Origin: Macrostomum lignano
Taxonomy: Eukaryota
Reading direction: 5' to 3'
Assembly (NCBI GenBank): GCA_002269645.1
Contig: NIVC01002737.1
Location: 80,217 to 144,216, forward strand
DNA length: 64,000 nucleotides
Shown: one piece after another, positions 48,967 to 61,968 of the stretch
Layout of the letters: each line of letters begins with the position of its first letter
Position numbering within the stretch: the first letter of the stretch is position 1
Notes under the pieces: generated by a model
Told to the model about the DNA's origin: nothing
Database searches by the model: none
What the model saw: only the letters and a program-made list of their open reading frames with translations
Program-made: the position numbers and the translations under genes

Positions 48967-51900
48967 TCAAACGGCGTTGTCGGTTCGCAATCCGAGTTGC
49001 CAAGAGTCCAGCGGAATGCCGTACTTTGAGCACAGATGCTGGAAGCACTTCTCGTAGCGCTGGTTCAGGCGAACGGCCTGGTCTAGGGCGAACTTGATGT
49101 CCTCGATTTCGTTGAAGAAGTCCTGCGGAACGCGGCAGAGTGGAGTTTTGAACTCGCCATGACCTTTCATTTGGCCAAGCTTTCCCTCTATGACCTTTCA
49201 TTTGGCCAAGCTTTCCCTCCATGACCTTTCATTTGGCCAAGCTTTCCCTCCATGACCTTTCATTTGGCCAAGCTTTCCCTCCATGACCTTTCATTTGGCC
49301 AAGCTTTCCCTCCATGACCTTTCATTTGGCCAAGCTTTCCCTCCATGACCTTTCATTTGGCCAAGCTTTGCCCTCCATGACCCTTCATTTGGCCAAGCTC
49401 TGCCCTCCATGACCCTTCATTTGGCCAAGCATTAATTGCTCTCCATGACCCTTTATTTGGCCAAGCATTGCCCTCCATGACCCTTCATTTGGCCCTCCAT
49501 GACCCTTCATTTGGGCAAGAATTAATAAGTCTGTCTAAACTGACAAAACATTTTGTTTAACTTCTATTTGAAACAATACACGGCGGCAATTCAAACAGAG
49601 CTCGTGCTCACGCTGTCCAGACCGCGCAGCTCAGACCGGAGGTTTGCATTCTCTTCTTTCAGCGCGTCGATCTTTCGTTGCAAGCTTTGAACTCGGTAGT
49701 CTGAAATGAGAAGCAAATAGCGGCTATCCGAATTTGGAAATTGCATAACACAGACTACAGGCCTACGGTATAGTGCTCTTCTGCAGATTGCAAGCATCTC
49801 GGTTTATTCGCCTCTGGAAGCCTATGGGGCGCTCGTGGGGACATGCGGCCACACTACTCTGCTATATTTTATATAGGGTCTACGAGAATTTCCCGCAGGA
49901 GATTTTCCCGCCGAGATTTCCCCGCAGGGTTATTCCTGCCGGAATTTCAAGTCAAATCCAATCGGATTTCAAATCTATTCTAGTCTAGTTCTAATCTAGT
50001 CTAGTTCTAATCTAGTCTAGTTTTTAATCTAGTCTAGTTCTAATCTAGTCTAGTTCTAATCTAGTCTAGTTCTAATCTAGTCTAGTTCTAATCTAGTCTA
50101 GTTCTAATCTAGTCTAGTTGTTAATCTAGTCTAGTTGTTAATCTAGTCTAGTTGTTAATCTAGTCTAGTTCGAATCTAGTCTAGTTTTTTATCTAGTCTA
50201 GTTTTTAATCTAGTCTAGTTGTTAATCTACTCTAGTTTTTTATCTAGTCTAGTTCTAATCTAGTCTAGTTCTAATCTAGTCTAGTTCTAATCTAGTCTAG
50301 TTCTAATCTGCTCTAGTTTTTTTATCTAGTCTAGTTCTAATCTAGTCTAGTTCTAATCTAGTCTAGTTCTAATCTAGTCTAGTTCTAATCTAGTCTAGTT
50401 CGAATCTAGTCTAGTTGTTAATCTAGTCTAGTTCTAATCTAGCCTAGTTCTAATCTAGTCTAGTTCGAATCTAGTCTAGTTCTAATCTAGTCTAGTTCTA
50501 ATCTAGTCTAGTTCTAATCTAGTCTAGTTCTAATCTAGTCTAGTTCTAATCTAGTCTAGTTCTAATCTAGTCTAGTTGTTAATCTAGTCTAGTTGTTAAT
50601 ATAGTCTAGTTCTAATCTAGTCTAGTTTTTAATCTAGTCTAGTTCTAATCTAGTCTAGTTCTAATCTAGTCTAGTTCTAATCTAGTCTAGTTCGAATCTA
50701 GTCTAGTTGTTAATCTAGTCTAGTTCTAATCTAGTCTAGTTCTAATCTAGTCTAGTTCGAATCTAGTCTAGTTGTTAATCTAGTCTAGTTCTAATCTAGT
50801 CTAGTTCTAATCTAGTCTAGTTCTAATCTAGTCTAGTTCTAATCTAGTCTAGTTCTAATCTAGTCTAGTTCTAATCTAGTCTAGTTCTAATCTAGTCTAG
50901 TTCTAATCTAGTCTAGTTCTAATCTAGTCTAGTTCTAATCTAGTCTAGTTCTAATCTAGTCTAGTTCGAATCTAGTCTAGTTCTAATCTAGTCTAGTTTT
51001 TTTATCTAGTCTAGTTCTAATCTAGTCTAGTTCTAATCTACTCTAGTTTTTAATCTAGTCTAGTTCTAATCTAGTCTAGTTCTAATCTAGTCTAGTTCTA
51101 ATCTAGTCTAGTTCGAATCTAGTCTAGTTGTTAATCTAGTCTAGTTCTAATCTAGTCTAGTTCTAATCTAGTCTAGTTCGAATCTAGTCTAGTTGTTAAT
51201 CTAGTCTAGTTCTAATCTAGTCTAGTTCTAATCTAGTCTAGTTCTAATCTAGTCTAGTTCTAATCTAGTCTAGTTCTAATCTAGTCTAGTTCTAATCTAG
51301 TCTAGTTCTAATCTAGTCTAGTTCGAATCTAGTCTAGTTCTAATCTAGTCTAGTTTTTTTATCTAGTCTAGTTCTAATCTAGTCTAGTTCTAATCTACTC
51401 TAGTTTTTAATCTAGTCTAGTTTTTAATCTACTCTAGTTTTTAATCTAGTCTAGTTTTTAATCTACTCTAGTTTTTAATCTAGTCTAGTTTTTAATCTAG
51501 TCTAGTTCGAATCTAGTCTACTCGTAGTTGTTAATCTAGTCTAGTTGTTACTCTAGTCTAGTTTTTAATCTAGTCTAGTTTTTAATCTAGTCTAGTTTAC
51601 GTCGTCTAGTCTAGCCTAGCCTAGTTCTAATCTAGTCCAGCATTGTCTATAGACTGGAGTTGACTTAGAATTCCGACAGGAAAAACCCTGTGAGAAAAAC
51701 CTCGGCGGGAAACCTCGCTGTGGGAAATCTCGGCGGGAAACCTCGCTGTGGGAAAAGCTCGCGCGGGCAAATCTCGGCGGGAAACCTCGCTGTGGGAAAA
51801 TCTCCTGTGGGAAAACCTCGCCGCGGGAAAAGCTCGCGCGGGCAAACCTCGACGGGAAAACTTGCGGTGGGAAAATCTCGTGCTCCCTTTATATTTCAGT

Positions 51901-52881
51901 AGCTGCAATGTAGTGCAAGTTTCATTTTCATATTGTTTTTTTCCCATCTCCGCAGTGTATTTTTTCAGGAAATAGGCCTTAAAATTTGCACGACCTGTTA
52001 TGCTACAGAGGTCCTTGGCCTGACGATGAGCAATCCAGAGCAGCTAGTACTATTGCGGAATACGTCGCTCAAAATGTCACAATTTCGAACATCTAAAAGT
52101 TTATGCTTGTAAAGTTTTGCTGCAGCGCAAATTTGACAACACAAACTGTCAGCTGACCTGAAACTGCGGACAGCTGCTTCTTCAGCTTCAGCTTGTCATT
52201 CTCCAGCTGCTTAACCTGTCGCTCAGCTTTTGTGAGCTCCTTTTGTAGTTCGAGAATTTTGCCCTGGAAAAAGATTTAAGATTTCATTTTTGTTACTTTT
52301 TGACATTCAGGCACTGTTAAAAATGGTACATAACTGGAGGTTCCCAAAATGTGAGAGAAGCGTGCTTTTACCACTAACTTACTGGTATGCACGAATAAGA
52401 AAAGAACTGATCAGTTGCGGCATCAAAGCCTCTAGCAGCTCACATTCTGAGCAGTGATCATCTGCACATGATCTGCTCCTTTTTTCAACTCCTTCTCGTA
52501 CAGAATCCTGGCCTGCTGCTGCATCGTCAGCAGCTTCTCGACCACCTCGCTCTCGGAGGCTCGCTTGCCGCGCCGACCTCCGCCGAGGTGCCCACCGTCC
52601 AGATCGCAAGGCTCAGTCTGAGTCATTGAGCTGTAGAAGGCCGTGCAAAAGGCGATACATGTAGTTTTGCTTTTTCTCAGGAGTTGAATTAAGACTTTGC
52701 ACTAAATTATTGGCCGCAATACCAGCGAAACTATCTCTTACGTTCTTTTCCGCACATGCCCTTCGAGAATGTCTTCAATGCGCTGTCGCTCTCGAAACCC
52801 GGCCAACTCGCGCTCAAGCTCAGTCCGCTCCACCCTGAGTTGTTGAATGCGCTTTTTTAGTCGCTCATTCTCCTCGTGGAG
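48967..52881 (-). CDS. 3' part of a coiled-coil protein with a CEP290-like C-terminal motif; 5' exons not found
   Basis: Exons 52881-52742, 52630-52444, 52263-52158, 49700-49612, 49122-48967 join in frame (phases 2,0,1,0). Ends LKEENANLRSELRGLDS|DFFNEIEDIKFALDQAVRLN, resembling the EL..FD..FFEEIEDLK motif of CEP290 C-termini. Confidence 0.75.
49160..49515. repeat. 31-bp minisatellite in the last intron of the coiled-coil gene
   Basis: ATGACCTTTCATTTGGCCAAGCTTTCCCTCC. Confidence 0.95.
49876..51887. mobile_element. TIR element (MITE-like) whose interior is a 16-bp satellite
   Basis: Left GGGTCTACGAGAATTTCCC..GGAATTTCAAGTCAA is inverted relative to right TTGACTTAGAATTCC..GGGAAAATCTCGTGCTCCC; flanks TTTATATA / TTTATATT. 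Confidence 0.7.
49975..51635. repeat. 16-bp CTAG-rich satellite, about 100 copies
   Basis: TCTAGTCTAGTTCTAA. Confidence 0.97.
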
Positions 52882-55384
52882 CTGAAGTAAATATTATTCT
52901 TGTTCTATTAAACTTCATGAAGGTAAAAAATTAAAAGAAAGACTACGATATTTTCGTTCAAGGGTTTTTTACTTTTGAAAAAATACACTATTGCTGAATG
53001 AGTTTACGGTTTAGTTGACTAAATCTTCTAATGGCACGGCAGGTTGCAAAAACTGTTCAATCCAAAAAGACACAATAGCACATTAGCAATAAGGTAAGCA
53101 GGCTGCATAAGTTGTGAAAAGTATAAGGGTAGCATACCCGAGTACAGTCATGAATTCCAACCAAAGCCATGACTTCCAATTTTCAGAAAGAATGGAGCTT
53201 TCGTTATGGATGGAAACTTCAGCGATAGTTTACTTGCTTTAAAGTTATTATAAAGAAGCAAAATATAGTCAAGTCAAATTCAAATAATTTAATGTGGAGC
53301 TCAACTCAAGATTCGGATGACAAAAATCTTGTGAAAAAATGACATTAAAATATGCGCAAAGTTTATAACAGACATACAAGAACCACGACAAAAATAACTC
53401 TACGACCTGCTTTTAAACCTACACTTTATAATAAATAAATGCACCAAAAAAAGCGTGTTTCCAGCAAAGTCCTATTATAATTTGTTTATAATTAATACAG
53501 TTCTAAGAAAAAGTTGGCCCTTTAGTTCTAAATCCATTTATGGAAACCCGTGAATTAAACCGTAGGACTGGCCACTATCGATGGTATTAGTCATTAATAA
53601 AACCTAAAGGATTTAATTATATCAGAAGATATGCCCAAAAGAGGTTGGTAGCATGTATGAAATTATTCAACCGCTAGATAATTAAACCAATAAAATTGCA
53701 GTTGTTCGTATTGTATTGTTATTGTATATGTTAATGTCATTGTTATTTAGTAATATAATATGACAAATAAATTTAGTTAGGCCCCTACTAGGCCTAGAAC
53801 TGCTGTAGAACTCAAATCCCAATGAAAAAAATAGGTCTGTTACTGTTAGTAATAGGCCTACAAAGCCAACCTAAATTTTTACTAAGCCAACAGTCAATGT
53901 CAAGCAATACTTAGCCTAACCCTAATGTTCCATTTATGATTGGGCCTAGCCTCACATGTCGATGTCTGATGTCAATTCAATAGCAATTACATCAATAGGC
54001 CCTATTTATTGCTTTTTGACACATTTCAACTAAATTTAGTCATCATTGTGGCAAACTACTTATTTGCATATAATTTGCAATTGATTAGGCCTATGCCTAT
54101 TGAGATTTGAGATTAGGCCTAGGTTTGTGTTTTTATGTATAGGCCTATCTATTCTAGTATTCTTAATCTAATTCTAAAGTAGCCTAAGAAAGACTAGCAG
54201 TGATAAAAAATCTTATAGTCTATTTGTTTACTGTCACAACACTTTGTCTTTGCAAACTAACAAATGGTCTTAAATAGCAGATCATTTTATGCCTAATCAA
54301 TGCTCGTTTATCCTAGACAGACCTAGTATGTAGGTATCTCTGTTTTTTTCAATGTAAGTAATGTTCTGTTCAATGCAACAATGTAAATTTATAAATATAA
54401 ATAAGACCTATAGATAAGGTATGTTAGATATTTGATTTAAATCTATTAATGTATTGGCCAATTTAATAGAACAAAATGAAAACTTTAGTCCTAATGTTAT
54501 ACCATTTATAAAAGGTTTTTAAGACATTAAAAGAATTACTATAAAATAGGACCTAGCAAAACCATAATTAGATGATTAAGATTATATTGATTTTGTTAAC
54601 AACTTTGTTAGTGACAAAACTATTCATTTTTTGCTAATACTTTTGGACTTGGGATATTCATTTGTATTGATTTTTATGGTCTTAACCTTCTTATTGAATA
54701 TAGTAAGGTAGGGGCAAAGAAGAAATTTAGAGGTGGTCAGTTTTGCTAACACTAATGATGGCTTTAAACTTTGAATTCGCGCTAGAATTGCATTTGCATA
54801 AAAAAATCTAGAAAATTGCGCAGTTGAATCACAACAAAATTTTCTCCTCTTTTACTCCAGCTGCTGGGGTCCTAAAATTCCTGGGGGAGGATAGTTGCAG
54901 TTATAGGCAAGCAGTCATTTAGTAGCATGGTTGTTCGATTAATAGAAACATGACACCAAAGAATTGACACCATAGTTAATGTATGTCAATTTGTTAAGCT
55001 GATTACTATCAGTAGAGTAGAGTTGCCACCACCATAATTTTTGTATTATGGAACAAATGAGTCCCAAAGCTTTTTTGAGATAAGAACTGTTTGGTTGTTT
55101 TATGCCCCATAGGCAAATAATTCAAGATAGGGTATGGCTTGTTGGTCAACAAATAAATGCTTGGTATATCTTATTATTATTAAAATTATTACTGAGCAAT
55201 CAAAGATAATGGGATAAATATTAGCAGGTTAGTTTAATTGATTTTACCCAACTTTTGACACTAATTTATTAAGTTTAGCTTGTAGCCAATTTTGTTTGAT
55301 AAGCAACAGTTAGCCTTTGTGTCTTGGCACCTGTGAATTAATATCTTTTGTATAATTTTAGCAGTTAGCAAGTACTAAAGCACG

Positions 55385-55390
55385 AGAGAA

Positions 55391-55465
<75 letters not shown>
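55385..55465. repeat. (GA)n microsatellite
   Basis: Visible directly. Confidence 0.95.
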
Positions 55466-55470
<5 letters not shown>

Positions 55471-56173
55471 CAGGAAAAGAAAAAGAGAGAGAGGAGAAAG
55501 AGAGCCAAAAATAGTAGATTAAATAGCATGAACCCAGTGGGGATTTTCTGTGCGCCCCAATGTTCGCCAGATCCTACGCCCAGCAGTTGGGCACCTTGCG
55601 CCTGGGCGCATTCTGTGTCCAACCGCCACGATGGCGCCCCGGATAGCGCCAGGCGCTTTCTAGAAAAAAAATGAAGATAAATTCCCTTTACTCTACTATA
55701 AGTAGGGTGTGCCGTATGTTGTTCGTCATTCGCGTTTAAATATTTTATGCTGTAGAAATTCCCACCAGCAGCTCGCCATCCTGCTCCATTCCCCACCCAT
55801 GCACTTCAAGTTAGTATATACTCGTACAAATTAAGCGTCCATCCTTTCAATATATGAATTTCATATCAAAGATAGACAAAAATATAAACTATTTCTTAGC
55901 TTCCAATCTCTGTGTAGATATAAATTTAGCTTCATATTTATTGGTCTGAATTAGTTTGCTGATGAATTCATGTAAATTATCATTAAAAACATTATCGTAT
56001 AACATACATAGTATGCACTGCAATGCAAATGCAAGATAGCAACCGAAATGATTTGATAAATAGTATAATGTTGTTGCTGTACAAATTTCAAAATTTCAAT
56101 GGAAATAAAAATAAGCAAAAAAATAGTCGAACAAATATAGAGATATTTACATAAAGGAAGAGAATGCTGGCTT

Positions 56174-59100
56174 TTAAAGACCACTAAATTCGTTCATAAT
56201 GTCCAAAGCCTTGTCATCCGACAACTCCATCAGTTCATATTCACTTCGGTGAGGTCGGTGCAAAGAAAGTCTTTTTTGCGGCGGACAACTGGCGAGCTGT
56301 GAGCCAGGTCTCTTCGGCTGTGTGTGTGAAGCGGAGCCAACTGGCGAACTTGTGTTGGCTAGCATCACTGAAGCCGTCGGAGAGGCAGACGCCGCGACAG
56401 CCATCAAGCAATTAGCAGCCGGCGAATTCGTCTTGCTTAGCAGACGCAGGCGGCTGATGGATGAACTTCCGACATTTGAACTGGAAGCAGTCGCAGATGC
56501 AGAGGGACCGTCAGTTGGATTGTCGGACTGCCGTCAATGGGACTTCTTTGACAATCAGTCAACGCCTCGATGCAGAATCTTGCGGCAGGCATTGCTCACG
56601 AAAAGCAGTGTCAAAGTGCCTGCCTCCATCGAGACGCCGTAAATGCTCGTGGCAACATCTGAGTGATTTTTATGTGAAAGAATAACTTGAACAAGTTGTT
56701 GCTACTGCTAATAGTAGACTATTTCGGTTAGGATTTCCTACACGTCAAACTTTGGCGAAATTCAGTATTTTTTAATATTGTTCATTCAATAAATCCTAGC
56801 TGAGTACCTGATTTAATTACACTAAATAAAACTATTTTGAAGAAATTCAATAACAAAAGTAACAGAATTCGGGCCGCTTCTTACCTTGAACATGTTGCAG
56901 CATAACGAACTTGAACCCAAGGGCTGAGTCGGACAGCTCAGTCAGCACGCCAGCCTCCCTGCACTTAGCCCGCAGGCCTTGTCCGCTGAAATTGACTGCA
57001 GCCTGCATCTCCGCAGTCGCATCGTATCGTATCGTATCTGCGGCAGTCCTCATTTTTCGGCTCGGCAGCACTTTTTTCTGTTGGTTTTGAGTGGTTGATT
57101 TCTGATGAAGTACGAAACGGAATTAAAATTTATTACTTTATAAGTAATGTACTCACCAACTCTAACGTCCACTCTGCAGGCGCATTCTGAGCGTACTGAA
57201 CATATGCTTCCCATGAAGCGATGGGCCAGAACTTTATTTCCTCTTCTGTTGGCTGCTGGCCCCGGGTTATAGTCAGCCGCAGCAGCTGCAGCTCTTCTTT
57301 GACAGTGGACAGCTCGGCTAAACATCGGTTCTGCCGGGCTTCCATCTGTTGGAACTTCAGGGCAGTCTCGCGAAGGACTGACAGAGCAACAAACAAGATG
57401 CCGCGATTGCTTTCCAGTGGAAAATCTAGTAGGGACTGAATTTGCTGTTCAAGGCCTTTGACGGCCTTACCAGAGAAGCGCCCAAAGTTCACTGGCGCCG
57501 CCGCAGCCGTGCCATCTTGAGCTGCCGCTGCTGCTTCCGCTTCCGCTGCCATTTCCGCTTCCACTTCTGCTGCTGCTTTCGCTACTGCTGCTTCTTCTTC
57601 TTCTTCTTCAGGGCTCGTCTGGGTCGGGGTTAGCCGAAATGGACGGGGGCATGCGCCCCATGCTACGCAGGAGGCCGAAAAGGGCGGTTGGGGACTCCAA
57701 CAAGTCCTCGGCCGCGCGGATGCCGTGCAGGGCGCGGTAGCGGTCCCCGCGAGGGCAGGCGAGCAGGATGTGCCTGACTGTGTCGAGTTCGCCGCAGTCA
57801 GGGCAGTTGGCTGTCTCGGTGAGGCCCATCTGATGGAGTGAGCTGTTGTTGATGGTGCTGGCTCCGGCTTGCAGCTGATTGAGGAGGACTTGGCGCTGCC
57901 GGGTCATGGTGGCGGGTGGCTGCTTAAAGGCGCCCACGACCGCAAGATCGAGGGACCTGCGGCTGCGCCGGGCGGCGGCTTTGGCGGTGCTGAGTGGAAG
58001 CTCGACGTGGCGTTGGTCTAGTTGGGCGGCACGGGAAGCCGCCTGATCCGCCGCCTCGTTGCCGGCGATTCCGCAATGTGCGGGGACCCAGGCGAAGGAG
58101 GGGGGGCGACCGTCGGCCTTCAGGCTCATGATCGAGTCCCAGCAAGCTGCTGCAGTCGGATCGGTCTGGTCGATGGGACCGGCGAGCAGGGCGGTGAGGG
58201 TGCTGAGGCTGTCGGTGGCAATCCAGTGCGGCTCGGCAGCGCGGTCAGCTTGCAGGTATTTGAGCGCCTCGTGGATGGCAACGAGTTCGGCGGTGTAACT
58301 GCTGCAGAGGGCGCCTGCGGCGGCCGGAAGTTCGACGTTGTTGTTCTCGTTGCGCACAATGATAGCGGCCCCGCCACCATTCTTTTAGCCTTCCGTTACG
58401 GAACCGTCGGTCCAGATCGTGTTGGACTCGCAGAGAGTCGCGATGATGTCAGTCGCGTGGTGGGCTCTGATGTCTGGCGGCATGTCGCGGTGGGTCCTGA
58501 GGCTGGCTCGAAGGTCGAAGATGATGTCGCTGGCGCCGGTGGTTCTCCAGGGCTCAACGCCGAGAGGCGGCAGGGCGCGTGGGAACTGGTCCAGGGCGGC
58601 GGCGCACTCAAGCTCGAAGGCGGCGCGGCGCGCCAGCAGCCACGGTGCGGGCGAAGGGCGTCTTTCTGGCATCCAGGTTGGTTGACGGCGGGCGTGGCAT
58701 CCGGCTGTTGCGGGTTTGGCGCTGCAGGGCTTCGTAACTGCGGTTCTTGAGGTGTGGTCGTGTGACACATTCGGTAGTTTCGCGGCTACTGCTGCTGCTG
58801 CAGCCGCTGCAATGGCTGCCGCCTTAGCTGCCGCCAATTTTGCGAGCGCTGCTCCTGCTACTGATGCATTGTTAGCAGGTTTCGGGATGGTGGATGCAGC
58901 TGGTGATGTTGCAGCAGCTGGCAGTGGACAAAGTTTTGCTACCGTCTCAGGCATAGCTTGGTCAGGTAGCTGCAACGGAAGCAACTGTACGGCTGCTTCT
59001 TTCCGACCATTGAAGAAGTGATCCATGTCGAAAGCGGAACCGAAGGACATGTCCTGTTAATTTAGATAAAATTAGAGAATAAAGTGCACTAGCTTTTCAG

Positions 59101-59688
59101 TCTGCAGACTGCAACACAGCACTGCAATATCTTTAACTTCTTGTCTCTGAGAGGGAGAGCTGAAGAGGGTCAGAGTGAGGGAGGTTTACAAATTAAGAAA
59201 AAATGTATTAACTCACTGCACATTGAAAGCTATGTCATGCTTGTTGCATGTCATCAGCCGAGAATATTCTTGGTCTAATATGGCGGATGACTTCGGCGAT
59301 TGTCCGCTTTCTGGACATGAGGTCTCGGGCAAAGCGTAGGCTCGGAGGCTCCAGATAGTTGTGCAGAATCACCTGTAAGTTTTTCATTTAAAAAAATAAA
59401 TTTCTGACTGACTGCTGTCTGATAAGATGGAGATGATATGAGACAGATATCAACAAACTGTGATGAGGAGATGAAATTGAAAGTAAAAAAGCAACTGACC
59501 TGACGGACTTCAGCTGTGAAGAACTTTCCCTCGTACTTCGCTTCGCAGTGCCACCTCTCTTCACTGTCCTTCAAGAGTAGCAATTCGGCTACCAATAGAT
59601 TTTTTAATACACAAGGAAGTAGCTGTACCTCTGCTTCTGTCACTTCAATAACCTGCCTGTCGGCTTCGAAAATTACTAGAAATTTCAT
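56174..59688 (-). pseudogene. Multi-exon accessory ORF divergent from the EnSpm-type transposase; interrupted and decayed
   Basis: Exon-like segments at 59688-59500 (RQ|gtcag), about 59374-59240, 59055-58785 plus 57592-57153 (Ala-rich, then coiled coil ..WPIASWE..EL|gtgagt), 57105-56885 (NFSG..K, DUF4806-like) and a stop-containing tail at 56640-56174. Confidence 0.55.
57593..58784 (-). mobile_element. 5'-truncated non-LTR retrotransposon with RNase H (I-group-like)
   Basis: IWTDGS, SSYTAELVAI, IATDSLS, WVPAHCGIAGNEAAD (RNase H D-E-D-D), CPDCGELDTVRHILLAC zinc knuckle, (GAA)n 3' tail, 12-bp TSD AGCAGCAGTAGC at 58785-58796 and 57581-57592; one in-frame TAA at 58385-58387. Confidence 0.9.
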
Positions 59689-60024
59689 GAGGCAAATTTT
59701 GAAAAAATCTGATTATGGAAATATAAAATTTTAAACGCCTATTTGCGACTCAGTGAACAACATGAAAATCAAAGCTTACTATTTGGTGTGGAGTGGGACT
59801 GAAAATATATTTTGCTAGGGGGAGAATTGGGAAGCGAATTCTTCTGCCCTCTCATTGGTCGGTTGTGAATATTCCGCAACCAATGCCAATGAATAATTCT
59901 TGAGAGTTAGCTTGACCGTTAGATAGTTGTAGTTGATTTATAGTTGATTGCTTGATTGCATTTTTACTAAAGCCATAATTTACTTTCACTTAATTTATCA
60001 TTCGATTTTGGCCACATCATTGAT

Positions 60025-61968
60025 GGCTTCTTGGAAAGTGAGACGATTGACGAGCAAGCGTTTGCTAGCATTATTTAAAGATGATGACTGCGATGACTGT
60101 GACGTAGACTGCAAAACACTAGAGGATGCCTCTATTGAGCCCAGTGTCCAGGAAGTTAAAGGAGACAATGAAGAAGATTTCGGTGGTGTAGAGTTCGACG
60201 ACTTGCAGTCGATAAGTGAAAGTGACAAAGACATGGAGAACGACAAGGATGAGGATAATTGGCCATTGGAAGAGAAGCTGGAGGCACTGCTTGTGCTTTT
60301 CTTCACGACCTACAACATTTCTCGTGATGCCATGGCTTTTCTGTTAGCCGGATTATGCGACATTGGTTTGCCTATCTCAAAGTCCGTAACCAAGATCAAA
60401 CGACTGGCTAGAGAAGACTGTCCTACTGGGGACTTGTTGGCCATGGGAGATGGGCACTTTCGCTATGTGTCCATTCTAGAGAATCTGCAACTGCTGCTTT
60501 CAAAAAATTTGTTGACCCTTCGACCAGAAAATTTGCAGCATCAAGGTCCAACAAAGGTGTACAAATTCGACGCATTTTTAAACAGTGATGGAATTCCACT
60601 ATATAGATCTAGTCTCTTTGGTCTGTGGCCATTGCTTATGAAGATTCCATCCGCATTCGCAAAGCCGTTTCCAGTGGCTGTATGGGCCGGCTCTGGAAAG
60701 CCTCCATTACAAGAGTACCTGCAACAGTTTTGCAAAGAAGCAAAAAGATTTCTATCTGGTCCAGTGAAAATCAACGAGAAAGTCAGCATAATGTTCTCCA
60801 CAATTTATTTTGTTGTTGATACACCTGCGCGTAGCTTTTTGATGTGTACAATGGGTCACACAAGCTACTCGGGGTGTAGTTATTGTCAAGCTGTGGGTTC
60901 TCGTGCTGAAGGGAGAGTAACTTTTTCTGTAACCGTTAATCAGAGTAGATGCAGAAAAGATTATCGCTCCCTATTAGAGGACAATCTAAAAAGAGATGCT
61001 ACAGGTGCAATCCTCAAATCACCACTTCTGTGCTTGCCCAACATAGACTTCGTCAACTGTTTTCCGTTAGACTTCAACATGCTGTTTGTCTGGGAGCAGT
61101 AAGAAAGCTAATGCACTATTACTTTGGAGAAGGAGGCTGTCGCTTCGGTCGCAGGCATATGAAGCCTTTGTCTGACTACATTGCCGCAATTGCCAGCTGG
61201 ACGCCATCAAACTTCCAGAGAAGACCACGCCGTATTGATAAGTGCTTAATTGGCGACGGAGTTTAGACAATTTATCCTATATTTAGGCCCTGTGATATTC
61301 AAGGGATATCTTAAAGAAAAATTCTACAACAATTTTCTCCTCCTGCACTTCGCCGTATACTGCTATTCAACGGAAAGACATGCAAATATGTGGGATTCTG
61401 CAAAAAGCTGCATCGAGGTATTTGTTGAGCAGATGTCGAAACTGTTTGGACAGAAGTCAATTAGTTATAACATCCACGCACTTCTTCATCTTGACCAGTT
61501 TGTTAGAAGACTGGGTAATTTAAACAATTTCAGTACTTTTGCATATGAAAACTTTTTGGGAGCCATCAAGCGAAAGGTCAAAGTCACCAGGCATCTTGCT
61601 GCTCATTCAGTCCGGCAAGTTTTAAAAGTACGGAACATGTATCTCAGAGAGCCTACTAAAACGACTCTGGAATTTAGCACGAAGAAGGGAAACAATTGTT
61701 GCATCATTGGGACAACTTTTATTCTTATCGATGAAGTAAAATCCGATGGCATGGTGACTGGCGAGTGCTTCAGGCATGCGATAATCTGTACACCTATCCC
61801 TTCAATTCACTGGAACTTGGGATTGGGATTTATCAGGTTACATCCGAAATCGCAACTGGCCGTCCAGAGCGGAAATGTTGGTTGCTTCCGAAGAATATTA
61901 CACTAGCGGCTTCTGAAGCTGACGGCGAATTCTATAACGTCATTCCCATGACAGGGCAAGACGATTAG
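60025..61968 (+). pseudogene. CACTA/EnSpm (CMC)-type transposase, frameshifted
   Basis: LNSDGIPLYRSS..LWPLL..PFPVAVWAGSGKP..YL..F..E, VVDTPARSF..GHTSYSGCSYC..G, then in shifted frames HAVCLGAVRKL and ATEFRQFILYLGP..NFLLLH..YNIHALLHL..STFAYENFLG; frameshifts near 61075, 61250 and 61780. Confidence 0.85.

Noticed and set aside
52010-52055. Extra exon in the coiled-coil gene
   Set aside because: Weak donor and phase 2 exit; the flanking exons already join in phase 1 without it.
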